A stretch of 63,215 nucleotides of DNA, filler included, from Folioceros fuciformis (lineage: Eukaryota): assembly GCA_049999805.1 (NCBI GenBank). It is 10 parts of 10 records of this genome, joined end to end, with 100 filler letters (N's around TTAATTAATTAA, not from the genome) between each part and the next. Parts side by side here need not be neighbours in the genome. Positions count along the whole stretch, not along the records: positions 24,678 to 27,433 come from JBNGIO010003436.1; positions 27,534 to 30,046 come from JBNGIO010003437.1; positions 30,147 to 41,134 come from JBNGIO010003438.1; 7 more parts are not named here. The stretch is one strand, 5' to 3'. The notes below the pieces were generated by a model. It had not been told where the DNA came from. It saw only the letters and a program-made list of their open reading frames with translations, and searched no databases. Both the position numbers and the translations under genes were made by a program. The first letter of the stretch is position 1, and each line of letters begins with the position of its first letter. Below, piece by piece: positions 25,501-36,942 of the stretch.

Positions 25501-26392
25501 GGCTCCACCCTCCTCAGGCTCCCGGAGCAGGGGAAACCAATTCCTGCTTCCCACACCACAAAATGCTCGAAATCCGCGTCACAGCCGCAACAACGACATC
25601 ACAGCCTCTAGCAGCTGGTACTCCCCAGCCTCACAAATCCCGCCAAAAAATTAACCTCAAACACTCTATCTACCCGGCAATACAGTATCCCAAACCCCTG
25701 CAAATCCCAATCCCTGCTCTCCAAATTCTGCTCCTACACAATNNNNNNNNNNNNNNNNNNNNNNNNNNNNNNNNNNNNNNNNNNNNNNNNNNNNNNNNNN
25801 NNNNNNNNNNNNNNNNNNNNNNNNNNNNNNNNNNNNNNNNNNACCAAACTCCGCACCGCGGCCCAGCGATCCCCAATCCGCTCCTCCGCGGCTACGATCC
25901 TCCCCTCGTGTCGAAACCGACTCCGATTGGACGCTCGGATGCCTTGAGGGGCGGACGACTGAGTCCGCCAGAGGAAGGTTCGGACTAGACTCGCACCCCG
26001 GGCGGCCCACCTCCCGAGGTCGCCGCCCGGTTCCATACGCGGTAGGTACTCCGCCTGCGGACCGATTCAACTGCATGCCGTGTGCCTCTCCGCATTCAAA
26101 CACACATGAGCCATCGATGTTTTTACTAGTAAGTAAGTGGGTTGGTACGTACACTTCCACACCGGCACCGGCACCGGCACGACCGGTTTCCGAGCTGTAG
26201 CCGACAAACACATGTGTACGCGACAAGTGAGCCACTCCTCCCGACTCACGCCTTCCAAGTTCCTGCCTGGTAAGCACTACACGACATCACCCGGTCTTCA
26301 AAGCAAATCTTCCACCTTCATAGAAACCGAAGCAAAAGGTAACGAAAACTCCGCTTCCCGCACATTTTCACTTGCCTAACTTTCCTAAGCTT

Positions 26393-26514
26393 CCATGCGA
26401 AGCCAAACAATCACAGAATGCAATGAAGCTACCCATGCGAAGCCAAACAATCACAGAATGCAAGGAAGCTACCCATGCGAAGCCAAACAATCACAGAATG
26501 CAAGGAAGCTACCC
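26393..26514. repeat. 40-bp tandem repeat, 3 copies
   Basis: CCATGCGAAGCCAAACAATCACAGAATGCAA(T/G)GAAGCTAC repeated three times. Confidence 0.92.
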
Positions 26515-27533
26515 GATGAAGAGCAGGGATTAGGTAGAATTTTCCTTTTGGACGCTCAGCCAAAGCACGAAATGAAGCTTGAAAGAATGGCCTCAAACCC
26601 ATTGTTCCAATTCAGCTTTCAAGTGCTCGTAGCAACAACATGCTGCAATGGCACTTGTACTTGGAGCGAATCCTAAATTTTGTTTGCTAGTCTTTCACTG
26701 CGTAAGTACTACAGCACGACACTCCAAGTTCCAAGAAAATCATCTCCTCGAATCGAACCTCTGGGAACAACCCAGTACATACTCAAGCGGCGGTTGGCCC
26801 TCCCGAAGGGAACTCACAAGATCCTGCATTAAGAGACGTGATTCGCGAATCAGTTGAACGGAGGGCCGGTCAAAGTAGTGAATGTTTGTGTGGTTGTGAT
26901 GTACACATGTCTATCTGTAAGGGTGACGGGAGGAAATGAAATCCCTATCCTGGTTCCCGTTCCGTTCCGTTACGTTCCGTGAGGGAACGGCGGGGCAAGT
27001 GGAGCGCCAGGAAGTGAGCTCGTCTGCAACAGGGCGGGGCAATGCGCGCGGTGATGGAGTCCGGGTAGGCAAGCGAGGGCGGGGAGTGCGAGGTAGACGG
27101 CTATGGCGGAAGCGAGGCACGGAGCGGGCGCGGGCGATGCCGGATTCGCCTTCCCGCCTGGGTATGAGCCGTCGGCGCCGCCCGCTCCACCGGAGCTCGG
27201 GGGAAGGCATCATGGCACTGATTTCTTCTTGGGAGGAGAGTATCCGCCGGCGGAGTTCCGGCGTGGAGCCGCGTTAGGGCGGGGGACGCTGGCGGAGCAG
27301 GAGCAGGAGGAGGAGGAGGAGGAGACGGTAGGGCAGAGGATTGCGGGAGTGCTGGCGGGAGTGGCGAGAGGGCTATGGCGGACGTCGCACACGGTAGTGC
27401 GGCTGGAGCTCCGGCGGAGACTGGGGTACGGCTNNNNNNNNNNNNNNNNNNNNNNNNNNNNNNNNNNNNNNNNNNNNTTAATTAATTAANNNNNNNNNNN
27501 NNNNNNNNNNNNNNNNNNNNNNNNNNNNNNNNN

Positions 27534-27580
27534 AGTAGAGTAGAGTAGAGTAGAGTAGAGTAGAGTAGAGTAGAGTAGAG
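27534..27580. repeat. (AGTAG)n microsatellite at a scaffold edge
   Basis: Perfect pentanucleotide run directly after the gap. Confidence 0.9.
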
Positions 27581-29294
27581 GAGGGGAAGGGACGAGAAGT
27601 GGGCCGAAAGAGCGAGAAGGAGAGAGGAGAGGGAGAGATTGGCGCAGGGCAGGGCCTGGCCCAGCTAGCCGAGGAATAGAGCAGAGCAGAGAGGTCCAGG
27701 CCCACGCACGCACGGTTCACCCACCCAATGACCCCAACCTGTCCACGCAATTGGCGCAGGTGGCGCCCAGTGGCCGCAGAGCGCGCGCAAGAGAAGCAAA
27801 AGGGGGCATGGCAGAGTAGAGGCCAGGGGACGGAAGGGAAGGGGGCCCGGGCCCGGGACCGGGCTCGGCCCCGGCCCCGGCCCCAGCCCCGGCCCCAGCC
27901 CCAGCCACGGCCCTTGGGCTGGCCTGGCCCCGGCTGTGCTGCGCTGTGCTGTGCTGTGCTGTGCCTCCTGTGTGCCTGTGGCTGCACCTACCACCGTCTG
28001 GCACCCTAATTCTGACCAACCGTGCCGGTGTTGAATGCTCTCACCTCTCACTCACCGGCGCGTCGTGAAGCGTGAATGATGGTGGGGGTGGCCGTGGCGT
28101 CGCGTCAATGATGGGGCCCGGCTCACCTCGGCTCCGCCACCCCCACCGCTGCCCAGCCGGTGCCGGTGCCCGTGCCCACTGCCACACTGCCACTGTCTGT
28201 CACTGGCGGCAACGTCCAATGCCCGGTGCCGGTGCCGGTGCCGTTGCCCTTGCCGTTGCCCTTGCCCTTGCCCTTGCCCTTGCCCTTTGCCTCGGGCGGT
28301 CAATAAGCCAGCCAGTGAGGTGCGAGGTTAGTGGTGAACACTATCGTCGCGCACTAATGGCGCCTGACGCTCCTGACGCCACGCCCACACTTTACACTTG
28401 TGAGCGAGTAATAAGTAAGGCAAGCTTGCTTGCTATGCCAAGCTGTGCTCTGCTCTGCTCTGCTCTGCTTTTCTTTCATTTGGCTTTTCCTTCCACACAT
28501 TTGTACAGACAGATTTGTTGCGTGCTTCCAAGGTTCTTCCATTGCCAGCCTTGCTTTTGGCCTGGATTGGCTTGTGGAGGGTGGGATTGAGGNNNNNNNN
28601 NNNNNNNNNNNNNNNNNNNNNNNNNNNNNNNNNNNNNNNNNNNNNNNNNNNNNNNNNNNNNNNNNNNNNNNNNNNNNNNNNNNNNNNNNNNNCGGATGTG
28701 GAGATGTGGATGCCCCAGGCCGGGCAGGGCCGCGCCTGCCTTCCAAGTTCCTGCCTATGCCTTTGCCTTCGCACCTGCACTCCTGGTCCTGGGGTGGGGC
28801 CGGCTCCGCTCTCTGCTCCTGGCCTGGCCTGCGCACGAGTCAAGGGCGAAGACAGGCCAAGGAGGCAAGAACACGAGCCGCGACACGACAAAGGAGAAAA
28901 AGAGAAAAAGTGAGGTGCCTGGCTGTGGCTGTGGCCCTGGCAGGCCCATGGCCCGGGTCCAATTGCCGAAGCCCCAAGGCCCTGACCCTGACCCCAGTCC
29001 CAGCCCCAGCCAGCCCTTGCTCCACTCCGGCGCTCGCTAATTTTGACCAGCTGCAACCGAAGTTTGGGGGAATGGAATGGGCGAGGCGACCCGACGAGAC
29101 CCCATCCCATCCGAGACGAGACGAGAGCAAACACGAGGCAAGGCCAGGCGAGCGCAAGGAGTTTTGCATTCGCCTTGTCCGGCTTGGACTTGGATCTTTT
29201 CTTTTCCTTCCTTTTTACCTTTCCTCTGAGATGCTGATGCTGATTTTGATGCCATTGTGTGTACTGTGGTGTTGTTGGGTGTGGGTGTTCCGTC

Positions 29295-29347
29295 GCCCTT
29301 GCCCTTGCCCTTGCCCTTGCCCTTGCCCTTGCTCTTGCCTTTGCCCT
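29295..29347. repeat. (GCCCTT)n microsatellite within a GC-rich SSR-dense region (27.5-30 kb)
   Basis: Hexamer run; (GGGCA)n at ~29732-29775 and (GCAGT)n at ~29800-29820 lie nearby. Confidence 0.85.
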
Positions 29348-30146
29348 TACGGGAGGGACGGGGTGAGGTGGAGCAATGTTGTTGACTGGTGGATGGAGGG
29401 AGTTATCCAATTCTAAAAAAAGGCCCTCAGCATCCATGCAATTGCTGTTGCTGCTTGCAGTGCCTACTTGCACAGACTTCACTCGACTGCAACTGCAACC
29501 GCAACCGCAACTGCACCTGCACCTACACCTGCAACAGCAAGAAGTAAGTTGTGGTGATGACAGTGCAAAAGTGGCAGTCGTAGAGTCGGTGATCACGCTC
29601 CTCGATTCCAGGTCCCTCCCCTTCCGATTCCCATCATGCGCTGCGCTTTTCATTCTACCATTTCTGACCCCCGCATCACAAGCAGCATGGTATCGTTGTG
29701 GGCCTGCAGCACTAGGCTGGCTAGCTAGGCAGGCAGGGCAGGGCAGGGCAGGGCAGGGCAGGGCAGGGCAGGGCAGGCAGGCAGGCAGCCAGCAGAGTGT
29801 GCAGTGCAGTGCAGTGCAGTGTGCACACTAGTGCTTGCAGTGTGCAGTGTTCAGTGCAGAGTACAGAGTGCTTATTAGTGCAGAGGCAGACGACGCAGAC
29901 TCCCTGGCTGGCTCCTGGCCCTTGCCTGTCTGTACAGTACATGGCTCGCTTCTGCGCTGTTGCTGTTGCAGTTGCAGTTGCACCACCTCGATTCACGCAA
30001 TAATTGCCTCATCCTCGTCGGCCATGGCAGGCAGGCAGGCCCAGACNNNNNNNNNNNNNNNNNNNNNNNNNNNNNNNNNNNNNNNNNNNNTTAATTAATT
30101 AANNNNNNNNNNNNNNNNNNNNNNNNNNNNNNNNNNNNNNNNNNNN

Positions 30147-30430
30147 AATTCCTGTTGCTTGTTCTACTTGAGGGTAGTTTTGAGGTGTGTCATCCACCAT
30201 GTGTTGTCCCCATTGATTAATTCTTGTAGCTTGTTCTACTTCAGTGTAGTTTTTAGGTCTGTCATACACCACATCTTGTCCCCATTGTTGAATTCCCGAA
30301 GCTTGTTCTACTTGAGGGCACTTTTGAGGTGTGTCATACACCATGTCTTTTCCCCATTGTTGAATTCCCGAAGCTTGTTCTACTTGAGGGAAACTTTGAG
30401 GTATGTCATACACCATATCTTGTCCCCATC
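30147..30430 (-). repeat. 72-bp frame-preserving tandem repeat (~4 copies; 24-aa unit QWGQDMVYDTPQNYPQVEQASGIQ)
   Basis: Minus-strand ORF 30512 to the gap translates into four diverged 24-aa repeats without stops. Confidence 0.85.
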
Positions 30431-30542
30431 TACACATCAATTGTGTTAGAGATTGAGCACGATTGACATTCTTTATCGGCAGTTGGTCTAGCCTTGTAGA
30501 CACCATCTCCATTTTCTCCTCTGTCTCACAAATAGCGTTCTT

Positions 30543-30695
30543 TATCTCAAGTGGACTCCTTTGAGCTAGAAAAGCATACTTCCACTTGTNNNNNNNNNNT
30601 ATCTCAAGTGGACTCCTTTGAGCTAGAAAAGCATACTTCCACTTGTATATCCCAAGTGGACTCCTTTGAGCTAGAAAAGCATACTTTCACGTGTA
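30543..30695. repeat. ~48-bp tandem repeat, 3 copies spanning a small N gap
   Basis: TATCTCAAGTGGACTCCTTTGAGCTAGAAAAGCATACTTCCACTTGT repeated; the copy flanking the gap may be assembly overlap. Confidence 0.8.
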
Positions 30696-31686
30696 TTTCA
30701 CATTATTAATTCTTGTCTGGGTCTCACTATTGGAGTCTTGCAACAAAAGGAAAATAGACAAACAATGTACCTTAAGACACACACACCAAACTATGGTTGA
30801 AGAGCAAACAATATAAAGTAACAATGTTGCGATGCATGACTATTATCCATTGTATGTGCAATGCCAAATTGATTGTCATTATATAAATAAATAAATATAA
30901 AAAATATAAAAATAGAATGAGATTACTTGCTCAAGGTCTTGTTTCGTTTCTAGATGATGGATTGCACGAATACCCCATAGTCTAATCTCTTCTTCTTTTG
31001 TTGTTCGTTGGAAACCGATTTGTATCGGTGAAGAACATGTTCCTCACTCCAGTGTCCCCAAAATATATTAAGGTTATTTTTATTCTTGTTAGTTTGAACA
31101 CCGATACCCTAAAGTTGGACACCGGTACCACACATAACACCCCGTGATGTGGCGTTGTTGCTCATTCATGATAGGCTGGATAATGATCATACATAACATT
31201 GTATCATTGATTTCAGTTTCGACATTCCCTGTCTGGGTTTTGAGATTGGTTCAACATTGTCTGTCCCGATTGCATTATACCTTAACACTTAAGCCATGGA
31301 TGGCAATGAAGCCATGGTCTGAAAGATGAACATAGAGCTATAGGCGCCTGGCCATTGGACAACGTCTGCTAATTTTCTATCACAACGTTCCAAGACGGGT
31401 GCCATACACACGTGACGCGAGTCTGGGACGATTCCTAGCTTCCCTACAACCTGATTCTGATTAGCCTTCCCACGTAACCTTGGTCTGTCGACATCAAAAT
31501 TTACTCGTATCTTTCTCCATCATCCTGCGTTCTTCAACTCTTCCCTGAACTTACGACTCTTCTTGCGAGAAATGACGACTGTACTGAGATTCATTTCCTT
31601 CAGCAGGTCGTGAAGAAGAGAAGAGTGAAGAGCAGCCGCCCATGGTGCCCAAGTGTGATGGGTGCTAGCATGCCTTCTGTCCCATG

Positions 31687-33031
31687 CTATGCTGGAGGTT
31701 CTTCAAGTTGTACTCCCAGGTCACGTAGCTGCATCTCAATGACGTCTTCCCAGTTTTTGTTGGCTTTGGGGTTGGCTGGGCTAGGATGCATAATCTGCCC
31801 GACCTTCACCTGTACTACATCCTGCACACAGCAGCGTTCTATCTGCTGCCTGGCATAGCCGCCTACACCCACCACAAGCCTGGGTTGGAGCAACTGGATG
31901 ACCTGAGCCAGCGAGTGCCTGCATCGTGCTTCCAACTCTTCCCGCTCGCACAGTCTGATCTTGTCGGGTGTCCGGTTCCTGCAGTGTCTCTCACCAGGAA
32001 TGAAACCAGCTTCTCTATAGGGGACGTCGAATGTAAGGTGCATTCCATCATATTTACTCACTTCCCAGAGGCTTCCATGAATGCCAGAGGACAGAAGTTG
32101 TACACCCAGAAGCGAGTGAAGAACGAAGCAGCCGAGATAAAACGCCTCTGCGCCCATCCCCAGAGCCTCTGGCCGCTCACCTGCCGCCACCCAAAGTGCT
32201 ACTTCAATGCATGGCGGAGGAAATGGTGACGGTAGTCAGACTCGCATTGTTGTTCCCTCCCACTTACCTCACGCCTGTAACAGGTCAAGCCATCGATCGG
32301 TCTCTTGGGATGGATAACCTCTGGCTGATCCACTCTGCCGCTTATTCCCAGAAACTGGCGTACAACGAGGCTGTCTCCGAATGGTATCCCCGTCTGTAAG
32401 TAATGTCAACAGTGGGGTGAGTCATCCAGGTTTCTACAACGCTCCTCTACTTGCGTCAGTCCCAGCCATTGCAGGACCAGCAGCACTTTACCTGAGCCAT
32501 GCCGAAAGGGCCGGGGTTCATGCCCACGAGGAGGACTTCAACTCTCTTTCCTCCTGCACGATGAACATGGATGCCCCGATCATCAAGTCTCAGGCCCTCG
32601 TAATCAGCAGCAGGTAACAAGACAACGATGCAGGAATGAGGGAGTGCCAACACACCATGCTTCCTCACATACTGCACATACGGTTCCCTTGCGTACACCA
32701 GCGGATTGTATCTGGATGACATCCATCACAAAGGCAGCCGTGCTGTGAGGCAAGCAAATCCCGCATCTCCAACAAGATGCCATGGCTTGATTTGCCTTAC
32801 TTACACGCAAGTGACGGGAGCTTGGAAAGTGAGGGTGGAGAGGGATTCCACCAGTGCATCGGAGATGCCCACCAACTTCTCACAAGCCTCCTCTCGGGAC
32901 CAGCCCAGCCGCTGTTCCGGTGGCAGCTCCTGCTGCTCCACTGATGACTCTGCCTCGGCATCAAGCTGGTGGGCCTGTGCCTGCTGGGAGGGCCCAATCC
33001 GACGGCGCTTGCGTTGGGGATCGCCATCCAT
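31687..33031 (-). CDS. SMUG1: Single-strand-selective monofunctional uracil-DNA glycosylase (UDG family 3, SMUG1); 6 exons
   Basis: Spliced protein: MDGDPQRKRRR...VYNPLVYAREPY...LLVGMNPGPFGMAQTGIPFG...HPKRPIDGLTC..REVSGQRLWGW...YNFCPLAFMEASGKNRTPDK...PRLVVGVG...IMHPSPANP..NKNW. Exons 33031-32805, 32711-32656, 32553-32492, 32393-32268, 32180-32062, 31978-31687, all GT-AG and in frame. Confidence 0.93.
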
Positions 33032-33109
33032 GGTCTGTCTTGCCGCGGCTGCCCTAAGAGTGACCGTGGGAGGGATGCAAGGCAGTTGCACCTGCTGTTG
33101 CTTCCAGGC

Positions 33110-34816
33110 ATGGCCCAATTCAGGCCGCGTTCGCGCGCATGGGGTCCCCTGCTGGTGCTGCTGCTGGCTCTTGCAGTTGCTCTGTTTGCGGATCGCGCGG
33201 GAGCAGCTCGGGATCAGCCGGTAGTGCCCACCTTCGCGCGGGCTGCAGGTAATGGGTCCTGCCCGTATCGCTCGAGGGTGCGCTGCCGATGCAAATGCCC
33301 TGTCGTGCCGGCTCTCAAGGGCGATGATGCGTGCAGATTGGCTGTCTCTGGACAACATAGCTAAGGCGCTGCGCAGCGCTGCCTCCCTCCCTCGACAGTC
33401 GCAGAAAGTGATTCTCGCGGGCCTGGGAGAGGCTATCCTCTCGCCCGGCCTGGGAGGAGAGAGACAATGCAATCTGTTCGGAGGATCTGCTGCCTGCGTG
33501 CCCGTGCCAGCTGGATCCGACTATTCAAGATTGTGCGCCTCGTCGAGAAAGCTGGTGGATTGCGCGTTCCGGCTGGAAGCCGAGGAGCATGTATCCAAGG
33601 ACCCAGATTCGTTGCTCAGAGACAGAGCTGCAAAGGAAGGTAGGCAGTAGGGATGGATCTGCTAGCTTGCTGACTAGGACAGGGCAAGGAATTGCAGCGG
33701 GTCTTATCTTTGCTCGTGCCTGGGCGTGGACAGGATACACACCTTGCCCTGAATGCTATGAATTGCTACACAAATTCTGGTGCGCGCAGACTGTGCCTGC
33801 CTGTGGCACATTCGACAAGGTGGTGGATGAGATTTTGGTAGGCTGTCTGGACTACACTCTTTCCGGACTGAACCAACATGTGACGGTTTGTGTGCAACGT
33901 TCATCTTTTCTTGGGACTTGTTCGTGCATGTGCAGCCTTTGATCTCCTCGGTGGTGCTGGGAAAGGAACCCGTGGGTGTGGCTTTGGAACAAGCTGTTCC
34001 TGACATGCTGCAGGCCATAAGTCTGGGACTTCCTTGCAAGAAAATGTGTAACTCCATCACCACGACCTGCGGTTGTGGCCAGCCAGCTACTTTTGGAGAG
34101 GTCGGTGTCTGCCCTTGTCTGCTGCTCGGTAGCTTTACTCGTTGCTGGTACTGGTGAAACATTGAATTTTTGCTTGGATGAGGATACAGGTTATGACAGC
34201 TCTTCAGCAGAATAGTGATGGCTACAACACAAGCATGTCGTCAGCCACTTCTAAGGATATATTTGCCAAAGTGTGGGACAAGCCTGTATGCGACTTATTT
34301 GCAGAGGACACCATCCCTGGGTTTGAAGGGGTCTGCGAGGTGCCGGCTCAACAATTCACTTGTGCGTGGTGCAAAGGGAAATCCAGGCCCCAGGGAGTGC
34401 ATGAGCAAATTGTTGCACAACTCGCTCAGACTTTCTCTGGGATGATGCAGGTAAAGTAACAGGGAACTGCTCTTTTCTGTTCTTCAAGGTTCTTCAAGCT
34501 TTTCTGGACTTGTCATCTTCATTTGTATGAGCATCCTCCGTTCCTTGGTCCTCAGGGTGGACTCGAGAAGATTCTTATTGAAGCTGGTGGCAAAAACAAA
34601 GCAGGAGACAAAAGTTGGAGCTGGGCGCAGCAGCAAGCTCCTCCTGAATCCAAGAAACGCAATGGCGGCCATACAGTGGCCGTGGTATTGATCACTTTCG
34701 TGGTGCTGACAGCAGCTGGCGCCGTCTTTGTCGCCTTGAGAATTCATCGCACACGACAGATTCCCTCCCAGTATATTGATTTGAACAGCATGGGATACAC
34801 TCCTCCGATCTTGTGA
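33110..34816 (+). CDS. Uncharacterised single-pass type I membrane protein with a cysteine-rich (Frizzled-CRD-like) ectodomain; 6 exons
   Basis: Signal peptide MAQFRPRSRAWGPLLVLLLALAVALFA; Cys-rich ectodomain; TM VAVVLITFVVLTAAGAVFVAL; short tail RIHRTRQIPSQYIDLNSMGYTPPIL. Frame-consistent GT-AG exons 33110-33248, 33337-33639, 33734-33837, 33936-34100, 34190-34450, 34556-34816. Confidence 0.82.
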
Positions 34817-35129
34817 CCAGCAAGGTGCAATGGGTGACCAAGTGGTTTCAAATTTATATGCTCGTGAGTTACATTTCCTGATTTACTCACAGTGTGGCTG
34901 CAAACTAGACAACTGCAGGACAGCTCTTGTGTACAAATGTACCACCATGACACAGCGCAAAAGATGTATATACAGACATTCCGAAAGTGGCATCGGACGT
35001 TCTACAGACCAGCCGTCCTTTGTCAGTCAGGACGCATGTGCGATATATCTATCACATGTCCTGCAGTAAAACATTATTTCTGTGAATTGTCAACTTCGCT
35101 CTCCCTGTGGACATGCTATCTTCCGGTGA

Positions 35130-36861
35130 TTATAACCATGGCTGTTCCTCCATCCAAGGATTGGGATCTACTGCTTCACCGTTCACAAACAAACCCCTGG
35201 CAACAGCGTATGGGTTAGTGGCCAATTTACATAGGTTGCAACAAGCATCCGCCAGAACATTGTTGGTTACCAGTGGAGATGGGGACCAGTTGCCAGGCCA
35301 CTCTGGCCGACACGACCAATGCCTTGTCCTGCCTGCACCACCATCCCTTTCCTGCACACACGCACAGCTCCAGGAGCTTTAGAAGCCGCTTTAGACACCA
35401 GAAAATGCATAAAACACGCGGTGACGGAACAAAACAGCGTCTTACTGCACAGAGACGGAGGAAAGATGCATGAGCATGCTAATGACTCCTTGGCCGTGGT
35501 CCAGTCCGACGCAGTTACCGTGCAGTTCAAATCCATCTTCCTCCCTGCCAACAAGGGCGACAACGCCAGTGGCTGGAGCTGTGACAGGAGTTCCCTCGTC
35601 AGCTCCGTAGTCCACACCACGATGGTAGTAGCTGCACATGCATCCAAAAGAATTCAAGAGATCGTTAATATTCCCAACCCCAGAACAAAATCTGTCACCT
35701 TTGCTCAGAAGTTCAAGTAGTACCCTTCCGCGAAAACACCGTTGTAGAAACGTTGGAGACCATATGCAGCAGTCACTTCCCCTGCAGCTGGCAGCTGGAA
35801 TGGACCATTCCAGTACTGCTCCTGGGACTTGCTAGATAGGAGAGCCTTCACAGCTTCTCTTTCAACCGCAGTTCCTGTGATAGAGAAGGAGGGCCATGGT
35901 TTGGCATATGGTGAAGAGAGCACAACTCCTGAAGCACTCAGACTAGAGTGTAGCGGAGGGAGCACCTTACCTTGAATTCCCGACTTTGGCTCACTTAACC
36001 AAATAGACTCCACAGGGTAATCCTTGAAACGGATCTCCACAAAGCCGTTGTACATCTCGTGCCTTCCATCTCTGATGTCCACCTACCAAAAAGAAGCTCT
36101 CTGGATCACACATGAGTTCCTGTTTGCCATCATGTGGAAGGCAAGCACAGTGGTCCCAAAACAGAACGATTCACACATACTGGTAAATGGACGAAGGCTC
36201 ACAGTAAGTGGTCGCATGCCAGGATCATTGAGGGGAGTAGTGGGGACAAGTGCTCTCCAAAGGCCGGTGTCCGCTGGGTAAGCGCACACTTCTGATCCTC
36301 CATAGGTTATCTGAACTAGAGGCTCCTTGGGCAAATACTGCCTACGGAGGATGGCTGGCTCGTCAGGAACCTTGCACTTTTTCTATCGCTTTCCACATAC
36401 AGGGCAACAGGAACACAGTGAAAGCACCGTGCCTACCTGATGGCAGCACTAAGCCAGTCCAGGAACCCCCGTGGAGGCGGCACGGACACCAGAATTGCCA
36501 AAGTTTCACCCTGGAAAGGCCTCCACGATGACAGACTCGGCTTCACCCGCTGTCTGCGTCGTCCAAACAAATCCTTAAGCTGCTCCCCTCTCTGAGAGAT
36601 AAGACCGAAATTGTGGGCTCTTGCTCCATCTTGTGCAGGTTGTTTCAGGACCTTGAAGACTGATTCCAGTCCTTGAGCCAATTGTCGCCTCCAGGCATTG
36701 GAGCTCCAAACGCGCTCCAGCTCGAGGCCGGCGAGAGGCAAATGCTGTAGCGTTGCAGGGACACCGCGAGCAGCGGCTGCTAACAGACTGAGAGGGGAGA
36801 GGTCTTGGCAGGGCCATGCGGGTTCCTGGCGCCTGCGTATGTCCTCCAGGCGAGGAGGCAT
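35130..36861 (-). CDS. M23-family (LytM/MepM-like) Zn metallopeptidase of cyanobacterial type with a long N-terminal extension; 7 exons
   Basis: QGETLAILV, WRALVPTTPL..PG, YWNGPFQLP, YGLQRFYNGVFAEGYYHRGVDYG (HxxxD), [54 protein letters not shown] (HxH). Exons 36861-36437, 36341-36203, 36082-35971, 35874-35724, 35631-35446, 35351-35271, 35196-35130. Start codon choice is tentative. Confidence 0.9.
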
Positions 36862-36942
36862 TGCTGATGTAGCGAATAGAACCAAAGACGTTCCAAAGTC
36901 TTCTATCTTCCTAACGCGCACCACGCCGCTAGAAGAAGGGTG

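Noticed and set aside
26900-30046. ORFs of 110-400 aa on both strands
   Set aside because: Driven by microsatellites and N runs; no family motif. A real exon here cannot be excluded.
31687-36861. Bacterial contamination explaining SMUG1 and M23
   Set aside because: Both have multiple canonical spliceosomal introns of host-typical size and are interleaved with a plant ERI1-like gene on the same scaffold.
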